A DNA stretch of 64,000 nucleotides, from positions 367,178-431,177 of the forward strand of contig CAVTRY010000012.1 in the NCBI GenBank assembly GCA_963737265.1. The letters run 5' to 3'. Source of the DNA: an uncultured delta proteobacterium. Its GTDB lineage: Bacteria > Myxococcota_A > Polyangia > Fen-1088. The notes under the pieces are model-generated. The model had not been told where the DNA came from. It was given only the letters and a program-made list of their open reading frames with translations, and ran no database searches. Below are positions 62,991 to 64,000 of this stretch, piece by piece; positions within the stretch are counted from its first letter, which is position 1, and each line of letters starts with the position of its first letter. The position numbers and the translations under genes were made by a program.

Positions 62991-63882
62991 AGGCTACGGA
63001 CACGCTCCCGCCACCATCCGCCTCGGCGACCTCGAGGTGCAGCGCATCGGCTACGGCGCCATGCGCCTGCCCGGCAAGGACGTCTGGGGCGATCCCGACG
63101 ATCCGGCGCGCGCGCGGAACGTCCTGCGCCGCGCGGTGGAGCTGGGCATCAACTTCATCGACACCGCCTGGTTCTACGGCCCGCTCGTCGCCAACCGTCT
63201 GATCGCCGAGGCCCTCCACCCCTATCCGCGCGATCTGGTGATCGCCACGAAGCTCGGTGGCAAGCGCCTGCCGGACAAGAGCTGGGCGCCCGCGCTCCGC
63301 CCCGAGGAGCTGCGAAAGGGCGCCGAGGAGGACCTGCGTACTCTCCGTCTCGAGCGCCTCGACGTCGTGCACCTGCGCCACATGCCCGCCGCCGGCGTCC
63401 CCTTCATGGAGTCGCTCGACGCGCTCCTCGCGATGCAGGCCGAGGGCAAGATCCGCCACCTGGCCCTGAGCAACGTCAGCGTCCGCGAGGTCGAGAAGGC
63501 GCTCGCGCGCACCCCCATCGTCGCCGTGCAGAACATGTTCAACGTCTCGCGCGGCGGCGGCGCGATCGCCAGGCAGACCCACTCCGAGGTCGACGATCCC
63601 GAAGGTGTGCTCGACTTCTGCACCCGGAAGAACATCGCCTACCTGCCCTTCTTCCCGCTCGCCGTGGGCAACGTCGCACAGGACAAGCCCGTGCTCGCCG
63701 CGATCGCCCACGAGCACCGCGCCTCGCCCGCCCAGATCGCGCTCGCCTGGCTCCTGGCGCGCTCGCCCGTGATGCTGCCGATCCCGGGCACGAGCTCGGT
63801 CGAGCACCTCGAGGAGAACTGGGACGCTCGCCGCATCGCCCTCACGTCCGACGAAGTCGCCGCGATCGCCAGACAGGGATAG
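62968..63882 (+). CDS. Aldo/keto reductase
   Basis: RIGYGAMRL, FIDTAWFYG, IATK, QIALAWLL, PIPGT. Confidence 0.9.
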   Translation: MNEPARSEGYGHAPATIRLGDLEVQRIGYGAMRLPGKDVWGDPDDPARARNVLRRAVELGINFIDTAWFYGPLVANRLIAEALHPYPRDLVIATKLGGKRLPDKSWAPALRPEELRKGAEEDLRTLRLERLDVVHLRHMPAAGVPFMESLDALLAMQAEGKIRHLALSNVSVREVEKALARTPIVAVQNMFNVSRGGGAIARQTHSEVDDPEGVLDFCTRKNIAYLPFFPLAVGNVAQDKPVLAAIAHEHRASPAQIALAWLLARSPVMLPIPGTSSVEHLEENWDARRIALTSDEVAAIARQG

Positions 63883-64000
63883 CCGCACCCGACGAGGCGG
63901 AGGTTCGAGCGTCGCGACAGGCTTCGGTAGACCGCGGGCCGTCCTGATCTCTAGCGCATCAGGGGAGCGCGCCCGGCAGCAATACCTGTTCGTTCACACC

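Overview
The window appears to be two different pieces of myxobacterial-type (Myxococcota) DNA joined at about 42959/42960. LEFT (1-42959, moderately GC-rich): a Wzx/Wzy-type exopolysaccharide locus with wecA-like initiating transferase, wzc, putative wzy, wzx, epimerase, GT4/GT11/CgeB-type glycosyltransferases, wcaF, a sulfatase-like transferase and about six methyltransferase-like genes. It is flanked and interrupted by about 11 intact or broken type II toxin-antitoxin modules, DUF4143 AAA+ ATPase genes and remnants, an IS21 with a 6-bp target duplication, and an IS1380 remnant. The most unusual structures are: (i) a 579-bp transposase-less element (38262-38840) with 21-bp terminal inverted repeats and an exact 9-bp target duplication, whose only cargo is a GxxExxY gene, present in three copies; (ii) a ~72-bp triple-hairpin repeat, always in one orientation, that separates TA cassettes between wzc and wecA and is the insertion target of two mobile elements; (iii) duplicated wecA 3' ends, one with an alternative C-terminus, bracketing the TA block, plus a ~300-bp chimeric tandem repeat. 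RIGHT (42960-64000, very GC-rich, Polyangiaceae-like): purT, M19 dipeptidase, aldo/keto reductases, a tgt + MnmC-type methyltransferase + methyltransferase operon, Cys-rich lipoproteins, an ECF sigma module and a xylan-degradation cluster (GH10, CE1-like esterase, GH62). Many single-base frameshifts suggest uncorrected long-read errors. All calls are from reading the sequence and motifs by eye; no searches were run.
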